Shown here: positions 28,079 to 41,821 of the stretch, piece after piece | Layout: every line of letters starts with the position of its first letter | Numbering within the stretch: position 1 is the first letter of the stretch | Assembly (NCBI GenBank): GCA_964016885.1 | Contig: OZ024743.1 | Span: 230,020,001 to 230,084,000 of the forward strand | Length of the DNA stretch: 64,000 bases | Direction: 5' to 3' | Origin: Eledone cirrhosa | Lineage: Eukaryota | The notes under the pieces: model-generated | Told to the model about the DNA's origin: nothing | Database searches by the model: none | What the model saw: only the letters and a program-made list of their open reading frames with translations | Made by a program: the position numbers and the translations under genes

Positions 28079-28184
28079 GTTTCCGAAGATATAATAGAGT
28101 TAACATCGTATTGAAAATTGAGTGGCACTGCATTTAGTGTTCAGCAATTTTTAGACAACTCTATCAGTGAAACAATTGTTAGAC
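28079..28184 (+). ncRNA. Hammerhead motif with CCGAAGA core and extended stem II
   Basis: gttt-CCGAAGA-t-(ata)atagagtt...aactctat(cag)-t-GAAA-caattg-tt-agac. Partial inverted copy at 25430-25520. Confidence 0.6.
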
Positions 28185-28535
28185 TACAAATAAATCCCCT
28201 TTTTTTGTACTGTTGACCATGTTATTCTCCACTTTTTCAATTTTATTACTCCAAGATAAATTTACATAGGAATACAAGTGAAATCATAAACTCGTCATCT
28301 ACGTAAACCTCTTGTTGAGTCAAGCCACGCTGTACGCTAAAACTATCCATAATAAGAAGTATTCACAATCTCTAATTGGATTAGCTATAACGATATTTTG
28401 TTATTTTGTTATCCTTTATATATATATATATATATATAGTGGTGGAACACTGGAAGGTAATATCCGTTGTGGTAGAACACTCAGTCCAAGGGACAAGTTA
28501 CATAGAAGTGGTTACACAACAGTATGTTCACCATA

Positions 28536-28575
28536 CCGAGAACAATTGTTTCACCTTCGCGGATCTTCAGCTCGG
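28536..28575 (-). ncRNA. Minimal type-I hammerhead
   Basis: ccgag-CTGAAGA-tcc(gcgaa)ggt-GAAA-caattg-tt-ctcgg; perfect stem I and palindromic stem III. Confidence 0.85.
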
Positions 28576-30471
28576 GATGTATATGGGTATAGGAACAGGA
28601 AGGACAACCGTACGAACGCGCATGCGCAGAAACTCGGTCACTTCATACAGGCAATAGTAGACTGCGTGCGGGGGTGTAAGGGAGATAACTGCGAAAGTCC
28701 GGCCGGAAAGTTTTTTGGTTGAAAATAAAATAAAAAAGTTTTAAAATAAAATTACAAAGAATCAGTCCGGAGCCTTGTAGTTATGTAATAGATGTTTGGT
28801 GATGTGTGGACAACGTGTGAAAAATTCACTTCTCGTGTTTAGGCAATCACTATTGCGTAATCTCTTTAGGATAGTTATTCTTTCGTCAATACATAATCCA
28901 CACGTCGGATTTCCCCTTGCGTATGGCTTGGACTTAGTGATGGCTTTCCATTGAATGGAGTACCCTATACTTGAGTCCTTGAGGGACCATACGTGGCTCG
29001 CGAGTTTCGTGGATGAACGTCTGTCCGGGTATCTGAAGGTAGACTGGTGGTTCAGGAAAGGCTCCTTGAATCGGCCCTCCGCCATGCCTACATAGGATTT
29101 GATCTCCTGTGGTTCGTTTGGTCGGTTGGAAGTGACCACAGCATCATAGATTACAGCTGGTGTGTCGCATTGTTGTTGAAGGGGGCAAGCTTCAGGCTTA
29201 CGGCAAGAGCACCCTGGTGGGGTGTTGCTCCTAGGGCTGCTGGTGATGTGGGCCTTCATGTTCTTAGCGCAGGAGTATCCTAGTTTAACTTTGTGTCGGT
29301 TAAAGATGGAGCGGTATTTATGACCTATGGGGAAGTGTCTATCTAAGAGGGCTAGACATATTTTTCCTACATTGGTTTTAACGTTGAGTGAGAAAGGAGG
29401 AGAGAACCAGATAGTTTGTCTATTGATGCGCTTACTTTTTTTAATGGTGTTGTTGCTAGTGGGAGAGTAGGTGATAGGTTGTGAGAAGCCGCTGTTAGCC
29501 AACGCCGTGTTATAGTAGGGTGCCGCCCTGTCAAAGATAGCCTTATTAGAGGGGAGGTTTAAGATTCTAGTACTGATATTCTTAACGAAGTTTCTAAAAA
29601 ACAGTGGGAGGGTGGCATGAGTCCTTGTGAATGTAATTGAGTTTCTCGTTTAGCTTATGGAAGAGTCTGTGGGTGGGTGTGCGAAGGTTTAAATTAATGT
29701 CTAAGAAATCCACGCTAGAGAGGTTGCTGGCTACTGTTATCCTAAGGTCTAACTCATTGAAGGTAGAAGCTAGGTCCTTTTTAAACCGGTCGAGGTCGTG
29801 ACCACTTTTATGGCTCTATAAAGTCAGTCCATCGTCACGGTATATTCTCGTGTGGAAGTCCGGGAATCTAACACGTAATATGTCTGAGATAAAAAGGCCA
29901 ACCAAGTCACATACGTCAGCACTGTCAAACGATCCCATGGAGACGTCGAACAGGTCTGAAGATGTAGACTTCTTTGCCCAGGCTACTCCGTCGTTGAAGA
30001 GGAGGGTTTTCCGGCAGTGAGCGATGATTTCCCTGTCTAAACCATCGACGGTGTTATAAGTGGTAGCGAAGTCCAACGCTTTGTTTAACAGGGTCTCTGA
30101 TCGACGGGTAAAAATCGACAATGTCAAACTGTGTAAACTTCGCTTTTTTGGGATTTAAAGGAGTTAAACCACTTAATTACGGAGTCGCCGTTCTCCCACT
30201 GGGGCAGGTTGGACTTGGTCCTAATGGTCTCAACTATGTTTGTAAGTATGGCCTTACTGACTAGTCCCACATCTGTGCGGACTGATTCTTTGTAATTTTA
30301 TTTTAAAATTTTTTTATTTTATTTTCAACCAAAAAACTTTCCGGCCGGACATTCGCAGTTATCTCACTTACACCCCCGGACGAGGTCTACTATTGCCTGT
30401 GTGAAGTGACCGAGTTTCTGCGCATGCGCGTTCGTACGGTTGTCCTTCCTGTTCCTATAACCATATACATC

Positions 30472-30511
30472 CCGAGCTGAAGATCCGCGAAGGTGAAACA
30501 ATTGTTCTCGG
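30472..30511 (+). ncRNA. Minimal type-I hammerhead (inverted pLTR copy)
   Basis: Identical to 28536-28575. Confidence 0.85.
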
Positions 30512-30539
30512 TATGGTGAACTAACTGTTGTGTAACCAC

Positions 30540-30673
<134 letters not shown>

Positions 30674-31059
30674 GTGTGTGTGTGTGTATGAGGTGTATAT
30701 GAAGGCATATGTAAATATATATAATAGTGCATATACAATGAACATATGGGTAACCTCACTGCCGCTAATTACACTGAAACACACACACACATATAAACGC
30801 ACATAAACTTGTGGCTATTCGATGAATATGTTGGATCCTTGTTTGTAAAGTCATGGGTTTGATTCCCTCTCCAGTTGGAGCTTTGTATCCCTCAGTATGA
30901 TAATTCATTTCACATTGCTCCATTATACTCAGCTAAAAACATAAATAAGCACTTCCATCACGAGCTTGGGGTTAATCCTGCAACAGGCTGGAGTCCCATG
31001 GTTTCAGTAGCTTAACGCAAATGGAATTATTAAGATTAGTGGCTCGAGCAATACTATCT

Positions 31060-31463
31060 ATGCTATCAGACCGCAAGAGCGTCGGACACCATGCTTCACA
31101 ACATAGAGTTTCGGCCCTTTACATTCTGAGTTCAAACCCCGCCAGAGTTAGCTTAGTCTTCCATCCTTACGGGGTAGATAAAATACAGTACCAGTACCGC
31201 ACTTGGGTCATCTACTTTCCTCTCCCCCAAATTGCTAGTCTTGTGCCTAAATGATAAACCATTATTTATAGGGCGGCAGATTGGCAGTATCGGTAGAGAG
31301 TCGGACGCTATGCTTTGACGCATAGAGTTACGGCCCATGCCATTCTGAATTCGAATCCCGCCGAGGTTAACTTTACCTTTCATCCTTACGGGGTCGATAA
31401 AATAAAGTACCAGTAATACACTGGAAAATTGCTGGCCTTGCGCCAAAAGTAAAAACAATTATT
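31060..31463 (+). mobile_element. Two tandem SINE copies (second at 31269-31463)
   Basis: Family core sequence present twice. Confidence 0.8.
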
Positions 31464-32455
31464 TATAGTGACTCTATTGATCATGTTGCATGCTAAAATA
31501 CACAGAACCTTGTGCAGCATTGTATTCTCTTCTTTAACCACCGTAACATTACAACCTGATACACATATCAAAGGTTACACACAGACACGCACACACACAC
31601 ACACACACACACTATATATATATATATATATATATATATTAATAAAAGGAATTCCAACTTTGTCTGATATACTCGTTTTATTTACAATCCTTTAAAATTT
31701 ATAATGGTATTAGAATGAAATAGTATGGTAGATTATTAAAAGTTACGTGTTAATTGAACATGTACTTTCATGCTTTCGCAATCTTCAGGTTCTTAATGTG
31801 TGGTGACAGTCAAGTTTGCAATTTTCAACTGTAATGAGATGGGTAAATTTTGCGAAAAAATGATCTAAACCTGAAAGCAAACCTAGATCATTTCCCCAGA
31901 TTGTTAAAAATAAGGCTAACAAGAAATGGAAAATAATATACATAATACCAAAAATAGGACAAAATACATAACGAAACCAAATATAATATCACGACCAAAA
32001 GTTCATCAAGCAAACACCAACAGGAATATAAATCCTGAACAGAGAAAAATCCATTTTTTAACGTCAAGACAACAAAAACTGGAAAAAGAAAAACTCCAGG
32101 AGGAAACATACCCAAAACAACTGTACACGTAGATCCTAAAATAATTAATTTATCCAAAAGTGATCTTGACAATGATGAAATGCAAATTCTGTCAAAAGGA
32201 CTGAAATTCACACCGACTCCAACAGTCAACGACCAAGAACTGAAGGAGGATACCCAAGAATTCTGTTGAAAATTACGTCTTGTAGAATTCTTCGCTGATA
32301 AAAGTAATGAGAGTGATGAATCACTAGTAAAGAATAAATCAAATTTCACTCCGCCAAAAGGAAGAAATATCTATCTCGACCAATACAATGACATCCTGTC
32401 TAAATTTCCTCTTAGACGTAATACTAATGTTAGGCCAAACATTAACAAATCAGAA

Positions 32456-34326
32456 ATGTCTGCACTTAAACGTATACAAAATGATAAAACAATAATAATT
32501 AAACAAGCAGATAAAGGGGGTGCAGCTGTTATAATGGATGCTGAATACTACAAGGATTTGGTTGAGGAACAACTGAACGACACAACATTCTATCATGGAA
32601 TACCGTCAAATATAAACCACAACATCATGAAGAAGATCAACAACCTGGCTTCAAAATACCACAACTGTCTTACTGATAAGGAAAGAGACTACATCACCAA
32701 TTTTGAGCCAAAACCTAGCAACCTGTATAGCCTACCGAAAGTTCATAAGTCAAAAGAAATACAACTGGCAGTAAGAGAACAAAACAGTGAGTACATTAAA
32801 TTACTACACCCAAAAGACTTAAAACTTAGACCTGTTATAGCTGGTCCAACATGCCCCACCCACCGTCTAAGCAATTTTGTTGACATTATTTTGAAACCAC
32901 TATGTATTCACATACCCAGTTTCATCCGGGATGATATCGACTTCCTGTCCCATCTTCCCAACACCACGGAAACGAATTCACTTCTACTTAGGTTTGATGT
33001 GGTAAGCCTTTACACCAACATTACACATGATTTAGGAATAAAGGCGGTTAAATACAGGGTGGAAAAACATAGAGAAATGATTCCCATCAGATTCACAGCG
33101 CCATTTATATTAGACGCAGTTAAACTTATTCTGGAAAACAACACTTTCTTCTTCAATGGAAAGAATTACATCCAAATTAGAGGCACTGCGATGGGAACGA
33201 AGTTTGCTCCCGTTTACGCGAACTCTGTAATGGGATACTTAGAACAACAACTCTACCAAGAAATAGACGAAAAATATAGTACTGACTTTAGAAAGTACAT
33301 TGAAAAATCTTGGAAGAGATACCTTGACGACTGTTTCATCATCTGGACAGAATCTCTAGATACTCTGGATGAGTTCAATATCCGCCTGATAAGCTACACC
33401 CATCTCTCCAATTCACAAAAGAGATGAGTAGGACCAAATTACCATTCCTAGATATAATGATAATCAAAAACGACACCACCATTTCCACGGATATATATTA
33501 TAAACACACAGACACCCATCAATATCTGAATTTTAAGTCGTGCCATCCACCTCATACAAAACGCAACATCCCATACTGCCTAGCCAGAAGAATTTGTACC
33601 ATTGTAGAAGATACGAATACCAGGTACAAACGCCTAACAGAACTAAGAGAATTTTTGCTCAAACAAAAATACCCATCTCTACTTATAGAAAATGGCATAC
33701 AGCGGGCTATAAAAATACCTATACAACAACTTAGGACAACCCAAGGAAGAAGAAACCAAGAACTGGTCATACCATTTATAATGACACACAACCCATGTCA
33801 CCAGAATATCTTCAACACTGCCAAAGCAAACCTACAGATCATTGCTCAAAGTAATGAATTAAAAGGCTTAATCACAGATCGATCTTTGACTCTTAGTAAA
33901 AGACAGCTGAAAAATTTGAAGCAATTACTAACAAAAGCAAAGTTTGACCTTAACAACAAAGACCAATCATTCACTGTATCTAAATGCAATAATAGTCGAT
34001 GTGGCACATGTCAATCCATACACGCCGGTCAATATATGAAAACAAAAACTGTAAAAATATTCCCAAATGCAAATATGAACTGCAAAATCAGAAATCTAAT
34101 TTACTGCATTAAATGCCCAAATTGTGAAGAACTATATGTCAGTCAAACTGGAAATGCACTATCGAAACGTGCACGGGTACACCGACAGCAAATCAGAGAC
34201 CCAAATGTCCGTCAGATACCCCTAAGTAAGCATCTAGCAACCTGTGGTCAGGGAATATTTATAATATTCCCATTCTACAAATTACACAGCCCAAGTGAAA
34301 TCAAGAGAAAAATCAAAGAAAATTGA
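32456..34326 (+). pseudogene. PLE RT plus GIY-YIG ORF, split into two frames
   Basis: ORFs 32456-33427 and 33424-34326. Confidence 0.92.
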
Positions 34327-34554
34327 TAAATTCAAACCCAAGCTAAATGAACAATAATAATGGGTATAACTCGTACTATGACTATTACTACGACCACTAA
34401 CAACAACAATAATAATAATAATAATAATAAAAGTGATGTTGATGGTGATGATCACTGGAAAATGCTATTTTCATCATTTCTAAAAATAGCAAAATAACTG
34501 ATGCTTTGGATAGAATCAATTAGTAGTCGTTAGACATGCTCAACCAACCGTGAC

Positions 34555-34682
34555 GCCTAAACCAATCAGCTTTAGTAATCCAGTGAAATTACACAGCGAT
34601 TGGTCGAAATACAGTTTGCAAGATTTCGCATTCTGGAGCCACTTTTCACTGTATATAAGGCACAACATTTACCCATCTCATT
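34555..34682 (+). promoter_or_regulatory. Putative Pol II core promoter of the Neptune-like pLTR
   Basis: CCAAT at 34562, ATTGG near 34599, TATATAAG at 34652, Inr-like TCATT with A at 34680. Confidence 0.55.
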
Positions 34683-34721
34683 ACAGTTGAAAATTGCAAA
34701 CTTGACTGTCACCACACATTA

Positions 34722-34760
34722 TGAACCTGAAGATTGCGAAAGCATGAAAGTACTTGTTCA
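34722..34760 (+). ncRNA. Minimal type-I hammerhead
   Basis: tgaac-CTGAAGA-t-tgc(gaaa)gca-t-GAAA-gtac-tt-gttca. The inverted copy at 31755-31792 has U16.1>A. Confidence 0.88.
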
Positions 34761-34994
34761 ATTAACACTTAACATTTAATATTCTACCATACTATTTCAT
34801 TCTAATACCATTATAAATTTTAAAAGATTGTAAATAAAACGAGTAAATCAGACAAAGTTTGAATTCCTTTTATTAATATAATATTCTATACACAATCATG
34901 CACACCCGTGTGTATTTATATCTCTCTCTCTCTCTGTCTCTCTCTCTGTCTCTCTCTCTCTCTATCTCTCTCTCTCTCTCTGTCTCTCTCTCTG

Positions 34995-35098
<104 letters not shown>

Positions 35099-35114
35099 AA
35101 TATATATATATATA

Positions 35115-36221
35115 TTGTTATACTTGGGGAGGGTGATATTGTTGTAATAATATTGCCAGAATTGATAACAGAACACACTCACTGTTTGGTTGATTTTCGC
35201 TTCTGTATCTTTTATATCAATTAATTTATTCGGTCCTCAATGTTTACCATTGACTGACCAACGGTCAAAAATACAGATATAATATAGACACAAACACATA
35301 TATATAGTCTAACGAAGTTCTTTCGTTGCACATCTGCAACATCGTCAGTGGTGCTTTTATGTTTCCTCCTGTTGTATTGTATGTCTACGCCATCTTTATT
35401 TATTTATTTTTGTCTTCTTCTCTGCGCATGCGTTTGCATGTGAGTATAGTGTTTGGTGTGTGTTCGCGTTTGAGTGACTGTGAGGGTGTTTTGAAGGGTA
35501 GTCGATAGTTACAATTATACTCTGGTGTAGAGAATTAGCTATCTGCTGGATGCTTTCCATTGTGCTACATTCTATATCATACTTGTTAGTACTCTCTTGT
35601 GGGAGTGTCTTTATTACTATATTAATGTCATCTACGTAACGAGAGTACATGATGAGGTCTATGGAGCTCTCATCAAGGAGATTTTTGAATCCCCTTTCCT
35701 ACCAAACCATAACAAGTTTGGCAACGTCAGCAGCTATGCTGACGCCAATGGCTGCTCCCTCATTTTGGGTGTAGATCTTCTCGTTGAATTTGAATATGTG
35801 GCCCCTTGGGGTAGTTTTAAAACTAGCCACTATTGCATGTGCGACCATTTTTCTAATCTGATCATTGTTTTTGCGTGTCTGTATGGCTTTGGTCCACCCA
35901 ATCAACCTTCCCATGGGAGTCCATTTTGCCATTGAGGTTATTGTGGGGAGGGGGGGGGCTACCTCTTATGGATCTACTGGGGCAGAAACGGCTTAGTTCA
36001 TGGCTGTCTAGGTAGTCAGTGTCATAAGTAAGTCTAAGTAAGAGGCCCAGTTCGTCTGTGTCGACGTCGTAGAACTCCACCTCACTCTCATTGATCATTT
36101 CCACACATTTTTCCCCAGCAAAATCAATGTTAATGGATGGGTATTGTGATACCCCGTCCATACGGCCTATTATGCAGTTAGATAGGCTTTTGTTTTGATT
36201 CTGCTGAGGAGGTCATCTGTA
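35115..36221 (-). mobile_element. PLE family A relative, internally deleted (RT joined to 3' UTR)
   Basis: YSRYVDD...IDYPSKHP jumps near 35485 into sequence homologous to ~4225-4634. HHR at 35311-35352. Confidence 0.88.
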
Positions 36222-36222
36222 C

Positions 36223-36254
<32 letters not shown>

Positions 36255-36507
36255 TTAGTGGTGTACATCCGAGGGTCTTTGCACAGGTTCCGTCTACCAA
36301 ATTGTACTTATGGTTATTGACCCTTACCTAAGTTGCTAAGTGATTGAACTCTTAACCCAGTAAACTTCATAAGAACACTGGCATGCCATGATAAATTATG
36401 ATTCTAAAATAAGATTGAATGTTAAGAATGTGATTGAAATAGTCATCATTATTAATTAAAGTTTACATGGAAAAGATGACAATACAGACAGCAATGTTAA
36501 TGAACAA

Positions 36508-36523
<16 letters not shown>

Positions 36524-36602
<79 letters not shown>
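36524..36602. repeat. (GA)n microsatellite
   Basis: Seen directly. Confidence 0.95.
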
Positions 36603-36606
<4 letters not shown>

Positions 36607-39600
36607 GCTATGTTTAGCAGCATCTGGTAGACAAATTGTGAGAAAAAAAGAACAGATGTATTAATAGTCACTTATACATAGAATTTACTAGAGTACAATA
36701 GCGAAAGGGAACGTACCATAAACAGTTGTCTGTTAGCTGCATATAAAATAGAAGTTTGTTTACTTCTCCAACATCAGCAAATCTAGCTGAATCTAGAGAA
36801 ATTTTGATATAATAACTGAGGTAGGAGCTTGCTAATTTGGAGGTCGAGAACAGAACACCGAAGGGAAAACCTACAATTAAATCCGGTCTTATAGGTCAGT
36901 CATTATGTATTTAACAAAGCTATTCAATGTGATCTGTACTTTTTTTACCTGATAAGATGTGATTTTGGGAATATGTGGCTGTTATTTCTAGCAAGCAGAT
37001 CGGCGCTATAGAGTAGCGTTTCTCAAACTTATTACCCTTGTGGAATCCTTGAAATAGTTTTCTTATCTCAAGGAAACCCAGCATAAAATGTATATATCAT
37101 TATTGATATCTATCTAGATTCAAATAATTTTTTCTACTTTTGGCACAAGGTCAGCAATTACCCCAGTGTACTGGTACTTTATTTTATCGACCCCTTAAGG
37201 AAGAAACTCCTAGTGACCTTTAGCGGAACCTTAGGGTTCCCTGAGACACAGGTTGAAAAACGCTTCTTCAAGTTAGGTGATAGCTGTTGCTGCTTTTATT
37301 TTGTTCTAGGATAAATCAAGTTTAAGAAACATATAATGAAATAATAGTGTTTGTTCCGTAGTCAGCTTTCGTTAAACTTTTGGGATGAGTGGGGGGTTTA
37401 AGAATATATATTGTACATGTGTATTATTGGGTCATCAAGAATGAAATTTGTAGAAAAAAACATATGACCATATACCTTACAACAAAGTTCATACTTGACG
37501 GCCTTATACAATTATTAGCTTACACGTTTTTATCCCCAATACAAGACTATGAAAGAAATTAAAAACATAATCATTCTAACATATCTAGAGTCAATAGAAA
37601 ATTGGTGTTGTAAAAACCAAAGCACAAGTATTTTGTTCTTAAAAAAAAAAATTAAGCTATTATTTTCCACATTATTGGAGGGGCTTGAGTCTCCAAAGAC
37701 AGTTTGCGTCGGAAAGCTTGACTCTGATTAAAAACAGCTGATCAAAGGTGCTGTTGTCGTTTGGTTCCAGGTGATGTACGATTGAACAGAACTATGATCA
37801 AAGATATTGTTGCTTAGTCAGAGGTTAGCTCACGTAAAGTTTTATTGTTACGTTTTTATACATCTGTCAGCCCCGGCAGCGAATGCTTGCAGCTGTCCAA
37901 TCAACAGAAAAGCTTGTTCGTAATATTAACGTGAATGTCGATACACATTATACAGACACGGGGAGATTCAGTGAGACACTGTATTTCAACGCTGGTTCTT
38001 TGAATTACAGTTAAAACTCACGTTTTTTTCCAGTTTACACAAGGACACAACGCTTTGCCGAGAGTCGAATCCATGAACCTACAAAAATTAATCAAACACT
38101 CTGATCACTAAGCCACACGCTTTCACTATTATTATGCAACACAAGATCAACTCCGCTCAAGTAAACTTATCATTGCTTTTGTCGTCGCTGATACTGCGAC
38201 TGCAGGTGCTGTTGCTGCTTATAACTTGTGTAAACATAACACTTTATCAACTCTGATCAAGCAGCCCTATGACGAAAGGTGTCGTTGATGTTGTTATTGA
38301 TTAGCCCCCCCCCCCCCCCCCCCCCCAAAAAAAAAGAAGAGACCATCGAAATTATTTTAAAAGTAATAATCCAAAAATTTTGTATAAATGTGACTAAGCT
38401 AGTTAACGACCTTTTCCTCATAAGTTGTAGTGTGGGATTTGAATGATATTTTGCTGTTTTGTCTACCCGGCCGAGTTCTGAGGCTATTGTGTAGCTATTT
38501 AGCTTCCGTGATCCACCCCGACTCCTCTTTTCAATAAATAAATAAAACATATCTGTGCGAGAGGTCTAGCGAAAAAGATAATGGTAATGATTGACAATTC
38601 TTGTACGAATCACTTTTCTACGCATGGAGGTTGAACACAGCTGGGGGTGGTCGTGGCAACGGTGGTGTCATGGTAGTGGAGGTGGGACTTTGATGGTAAT
38701 GGTACTCGTAGTGATAACAGATGCGAGATATATGGTTGTGGTGGAGGTGCTAGTACATGTGGCGGAATTGGTGGAGATTAACCTGGTGATGGTGGTGGAA
38801 TTGAAGGTAACTAGAATTTGGGTGGTCGTTGTAGTGGTGATAGTGGCTGTCGTTGTGGTGGTGATAATCGCTATAGTGGTGGTGGCGATAATAGTCGGGA
38901 TGGACTTCGTGCTGATATTTGTTGTGGTTATGATACTGGTTGTGATGGGAATAGTGGTGATGATGGTGATAGTGGTGGTGACTTTGAGGTTGAGAAGGCG
39001 GGAATATTGCTGATGTTTCACCAAATTCAATGGACGGTTGGTTGGCTGGGTGTTGGAGAGTTAGCTGTAGTGCAGGTTACAGTGAGTGGGCAGGCTGGAA
39101 TTAGATCGGAACATATGGCTACTTAAGGAGAGATATTTCATGTCGACCCGTTAAGAAAACATTGCTGTGACAACTTTAGATTTACAGAAAAGGGAAGTCA
39201 TTTACTGACTTGTACAGCTGTGAGGCAGACAGGTAGGCAGGCAGACAAACAGCCATGCCGATAAACATACAGGCAGGCATACATACACATACAGACATAC
39301 ATGCAGACAGACAGACAGACAGACACGCGGACAGCCATGCAGGCAGACATATTGTCAGACATGCAGATGGGCACGCAGCCATACAGACAGACACGCGGAC
39401 CAACCATACATGCAGACATACATGCAGGCAGACATGCAGGCAGACATTCAGCCAGACATGCAGACAGGCATGCAGATTGGCAATCCTAAAATACAGAAAG
39501 AAGGGAAGAAATAGAGTAAAATACGTAGATAGATAGAGAGGATAGATAGATGTGGAAGATAATGGTATTTGTGGTGTTGGTGGTGATGGTGGTGTTGTTT

Positions 39601-39784
39601 GTAGTGACATTGTCGTTTTCGTGCTTGCAGTGATAGTCGTGATGGTGGTTGTGTTTACGTTGCTAGTGGTGATGTTGCTAATGGTGGAGGTGACGGTGGT
39701 AATTGTAATGATTGTGGTGTCGTTATTGGTTATGGTAGTGTTGTTGGTAATTGTACCGGAAGTTCTGATGGTGTTAGTTCCTGG

Positions 39785-39982
39785 AATTATTATTAGGGTG
39801 TCGAAAAATATGCTTTGCGGCATATAGTAACGGTCGTTTATTTTCTGAGTTCTAATCCCGCCGAGGTTAGCTTCGCCTTTCATGCCTACGGTGTCTATAA
39901 AATAAAGCATTGGGGCCGATTTATTCGACTTTCCCCTACCCTTCAATATAGCTGGCTTTGTGCCAAATGTAAAAACAATAAT
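39785..39982 (+). mobile_element. tRNA-derived SINE, diverged
   Basis: Family core sequence. Confidence 0.7.
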
Positions 39983-40579
39983 TAGAGAAGGAAGTTACCT
40001 TACCAGTAAATTAGCAATGGTGATATTCACACACCCTCACACACATACACACAGTAAAAACAAATACAACAAAATACACACAAATACACACATAAAAACA
40101 CAAACAGGCAGTGTATGCGATTTAACCACATTAGTTACATTGTCTCACAAATAAGGCGGTTTTCCGTTGTGATTTTGCAAGGATTGAATGAATTACCAAG
40201 AATAACCTCCACCCGAAAGCTATTCAAACACATTCTCTCACCCAACGAAGCAATCGACGTAAATATTGCAAACAATTTGGAAGGTTGATCAGCCATCTCT
40301 GTATAGCACAGCGTTGAACCGACCACTCTAGGACAATCTATGTGATATATTCACATGAATTCGCGCACTTATTGAAGGTTTCGTGTAGTTTCAGCGTCCT
40401 CATCCTCCATATCTAAAATCCACACAAAACACAATCAGCCTCTTTAATTACCTCAGTATTGAAGCCCAGAAGCCTGAATTAAATGTAGATCGTGAAGGAA
40501 GCCATACTAAGTATCATCTAAAGTCACCTATATTTGAGCCCCCCCCCCCCATAACTTTGGAACATATATGTATGTATGA

Positions 40580-40654
<75 letters not shown>

Positions 40655-40669
40655 TGTGTGTGTGTGCGC

Positions 40670-40700
<31 letters not shown>

Positions 40701-40965
40701 AAGGCGCATGGCTTAGTGGTTAAAGCATTGGGCTTGCAATCGAAAGGTTGTGAGTTCAATTCGCGGACCCGGTGATGTATTGTTTCTTTGAGCAAGACAC
40801 TTTATTTCACGTTGCTCCAGTTTACTCAGCTGTAGAAATGAGTACCGGCCTGCCCGCCCAGCCAGTGGAATGGCGTTATCTTATGGCTAAAACAGCACGA
40901 CGTGCTGTGACCAGCGGCGCCGTTTGACGTCTGACAGACTGGTCGGTCAAGGTGATCAAGGTGAT
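40701..40965 (+). mobile_element. Second SINE family (tRNA head plus CORE-like domain)
   Basis: A box tggcttagtgg, B box gagttcaattc, body ttgagcaagacactttatttcacgttgctccag. Confidence 0.75.
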
Positions 40966-41034
40966 ATATATTTATTTATATATTATATATCAATGATATA
41001 AAATAAATGGAAACTATATTCATAAAACCATATT

Positions 41035-41095
41035 TATTCTATTATATATATTTCAAGAGTACCAAAACTTTGGTACGCCCTCATCAGATAAAATA
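41035..41095 (-). ncRNA. Type-I hammerhead in a solo pLTR fragment (~40985-41110) related to the 61440-63955 element
   Basis: tattttat-CTGATGA-gggcgtacca(6 nt)tggtactctt-GAAA-tatata-ta-atagaata; downstream tail matches 63910-63955. Confidence 0.85.
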
Positions 41096-41424
41096 CAAAG
41101 TTTGTTTTATAAATATTGACATATCCAGGAAGAAGATCTTACCGGTTCAAGTTTTTCCTGTATAGTGATATTATTGACATCATTGATATTATACTCCAGA
41201 AAACTTGTCGAGTGCTTCGAATCAGTTATAAACATATATATTTGTTGAATTACCAATAAATTAAATATCCCTGTTGCTTATATATATATATGTATGTGTA
41301 TGTATATATGTAGATATATGTATATATGTATGTACGTATTTATATGTATATATGTATGTATGTAATTATATATGTATATATGTATATATGTAGATATATA
41401 AATTAATGTATATATATGTATATA

Positions 41425-41795
41425 TAAAATAAAATAAATAAGTTAAATATTTAAAATTTGGCTTCGTTTATCATATCATATGATTCCAGTTCCTCAGAGA
41501 AATAACAACTCAATCAGGAACTGGGCATATCGGAGTATTGACGGAGTTAAACACATTTCAACAACATGTGTACCCGTCTCTACCACACCAATTCGGACTA
41601 CCTGAAGAGGTCACAGCCAAAGATAGTTGTCACCGAAATATCTATAGCAGTAATAAACGAAGCCAAATTTTAAATATTTGACTTATTTATTTTATTTTAT
41701 TTTACCCCGGAATAACCAAACCAACCTGCGCACCCCGTCGAGTGCTCCAATCTGCATTCTCAGGTGTCGGTAAACAACCAACATATACTCAAAAT
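41425..41795 (+). mobile_element. ORF-less PLE-end element with HHR (41597-41651) and short inverted arm
   Basis: CTGAAGA-ggt...acc-GAAA-tatcta-ta-gcagt; paralog at 43695-44090; flanked by (TA)n. Confidence 0.75.
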
Positions 41796-41821
41796 ATATG
41801 TATATATATATATATATATAT

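Larger units (their letters stand above)
25430..28260 (-). mobile_element. PLE 3' remnant with inverted pLTR copy, hosting a nested Helitron and SINEs
   Basis: 25430-25946 is inverted to 27762-28178. Extended HHR at 28079-28184 (+). Weak GIY-YIG end remnant near 27650-27740 (-). Confidence 0.65.
31635..34880 (+). mobile_element. Neptune-like PLE, near full length, disabled, with inverted 5' pLTR
   Basis: IINLS...LSKGLKFTPTP, ADKGG, LPKVHK, FDVVSLYTNI, GTAMGT, RYLDD, LPFLD, CxxxxCxxC linker, NLIYCIKCPNC...YVSQTG. Premature TGA near 32268 and frameshift near 33385. Inverted repeats 31635-31848 and 34667-34880. Confidence 0.95.

Noticed and set aside
32260-32275. In-frame TGA in the Neptune-like ORF (and at 61949) as selenocysteine
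   Set aside because: The contexts (EFC*KLRL, LLL*AINF) are not conserved Cys sites; ordinary nonsense mutations such as CGA>TGA fit better.
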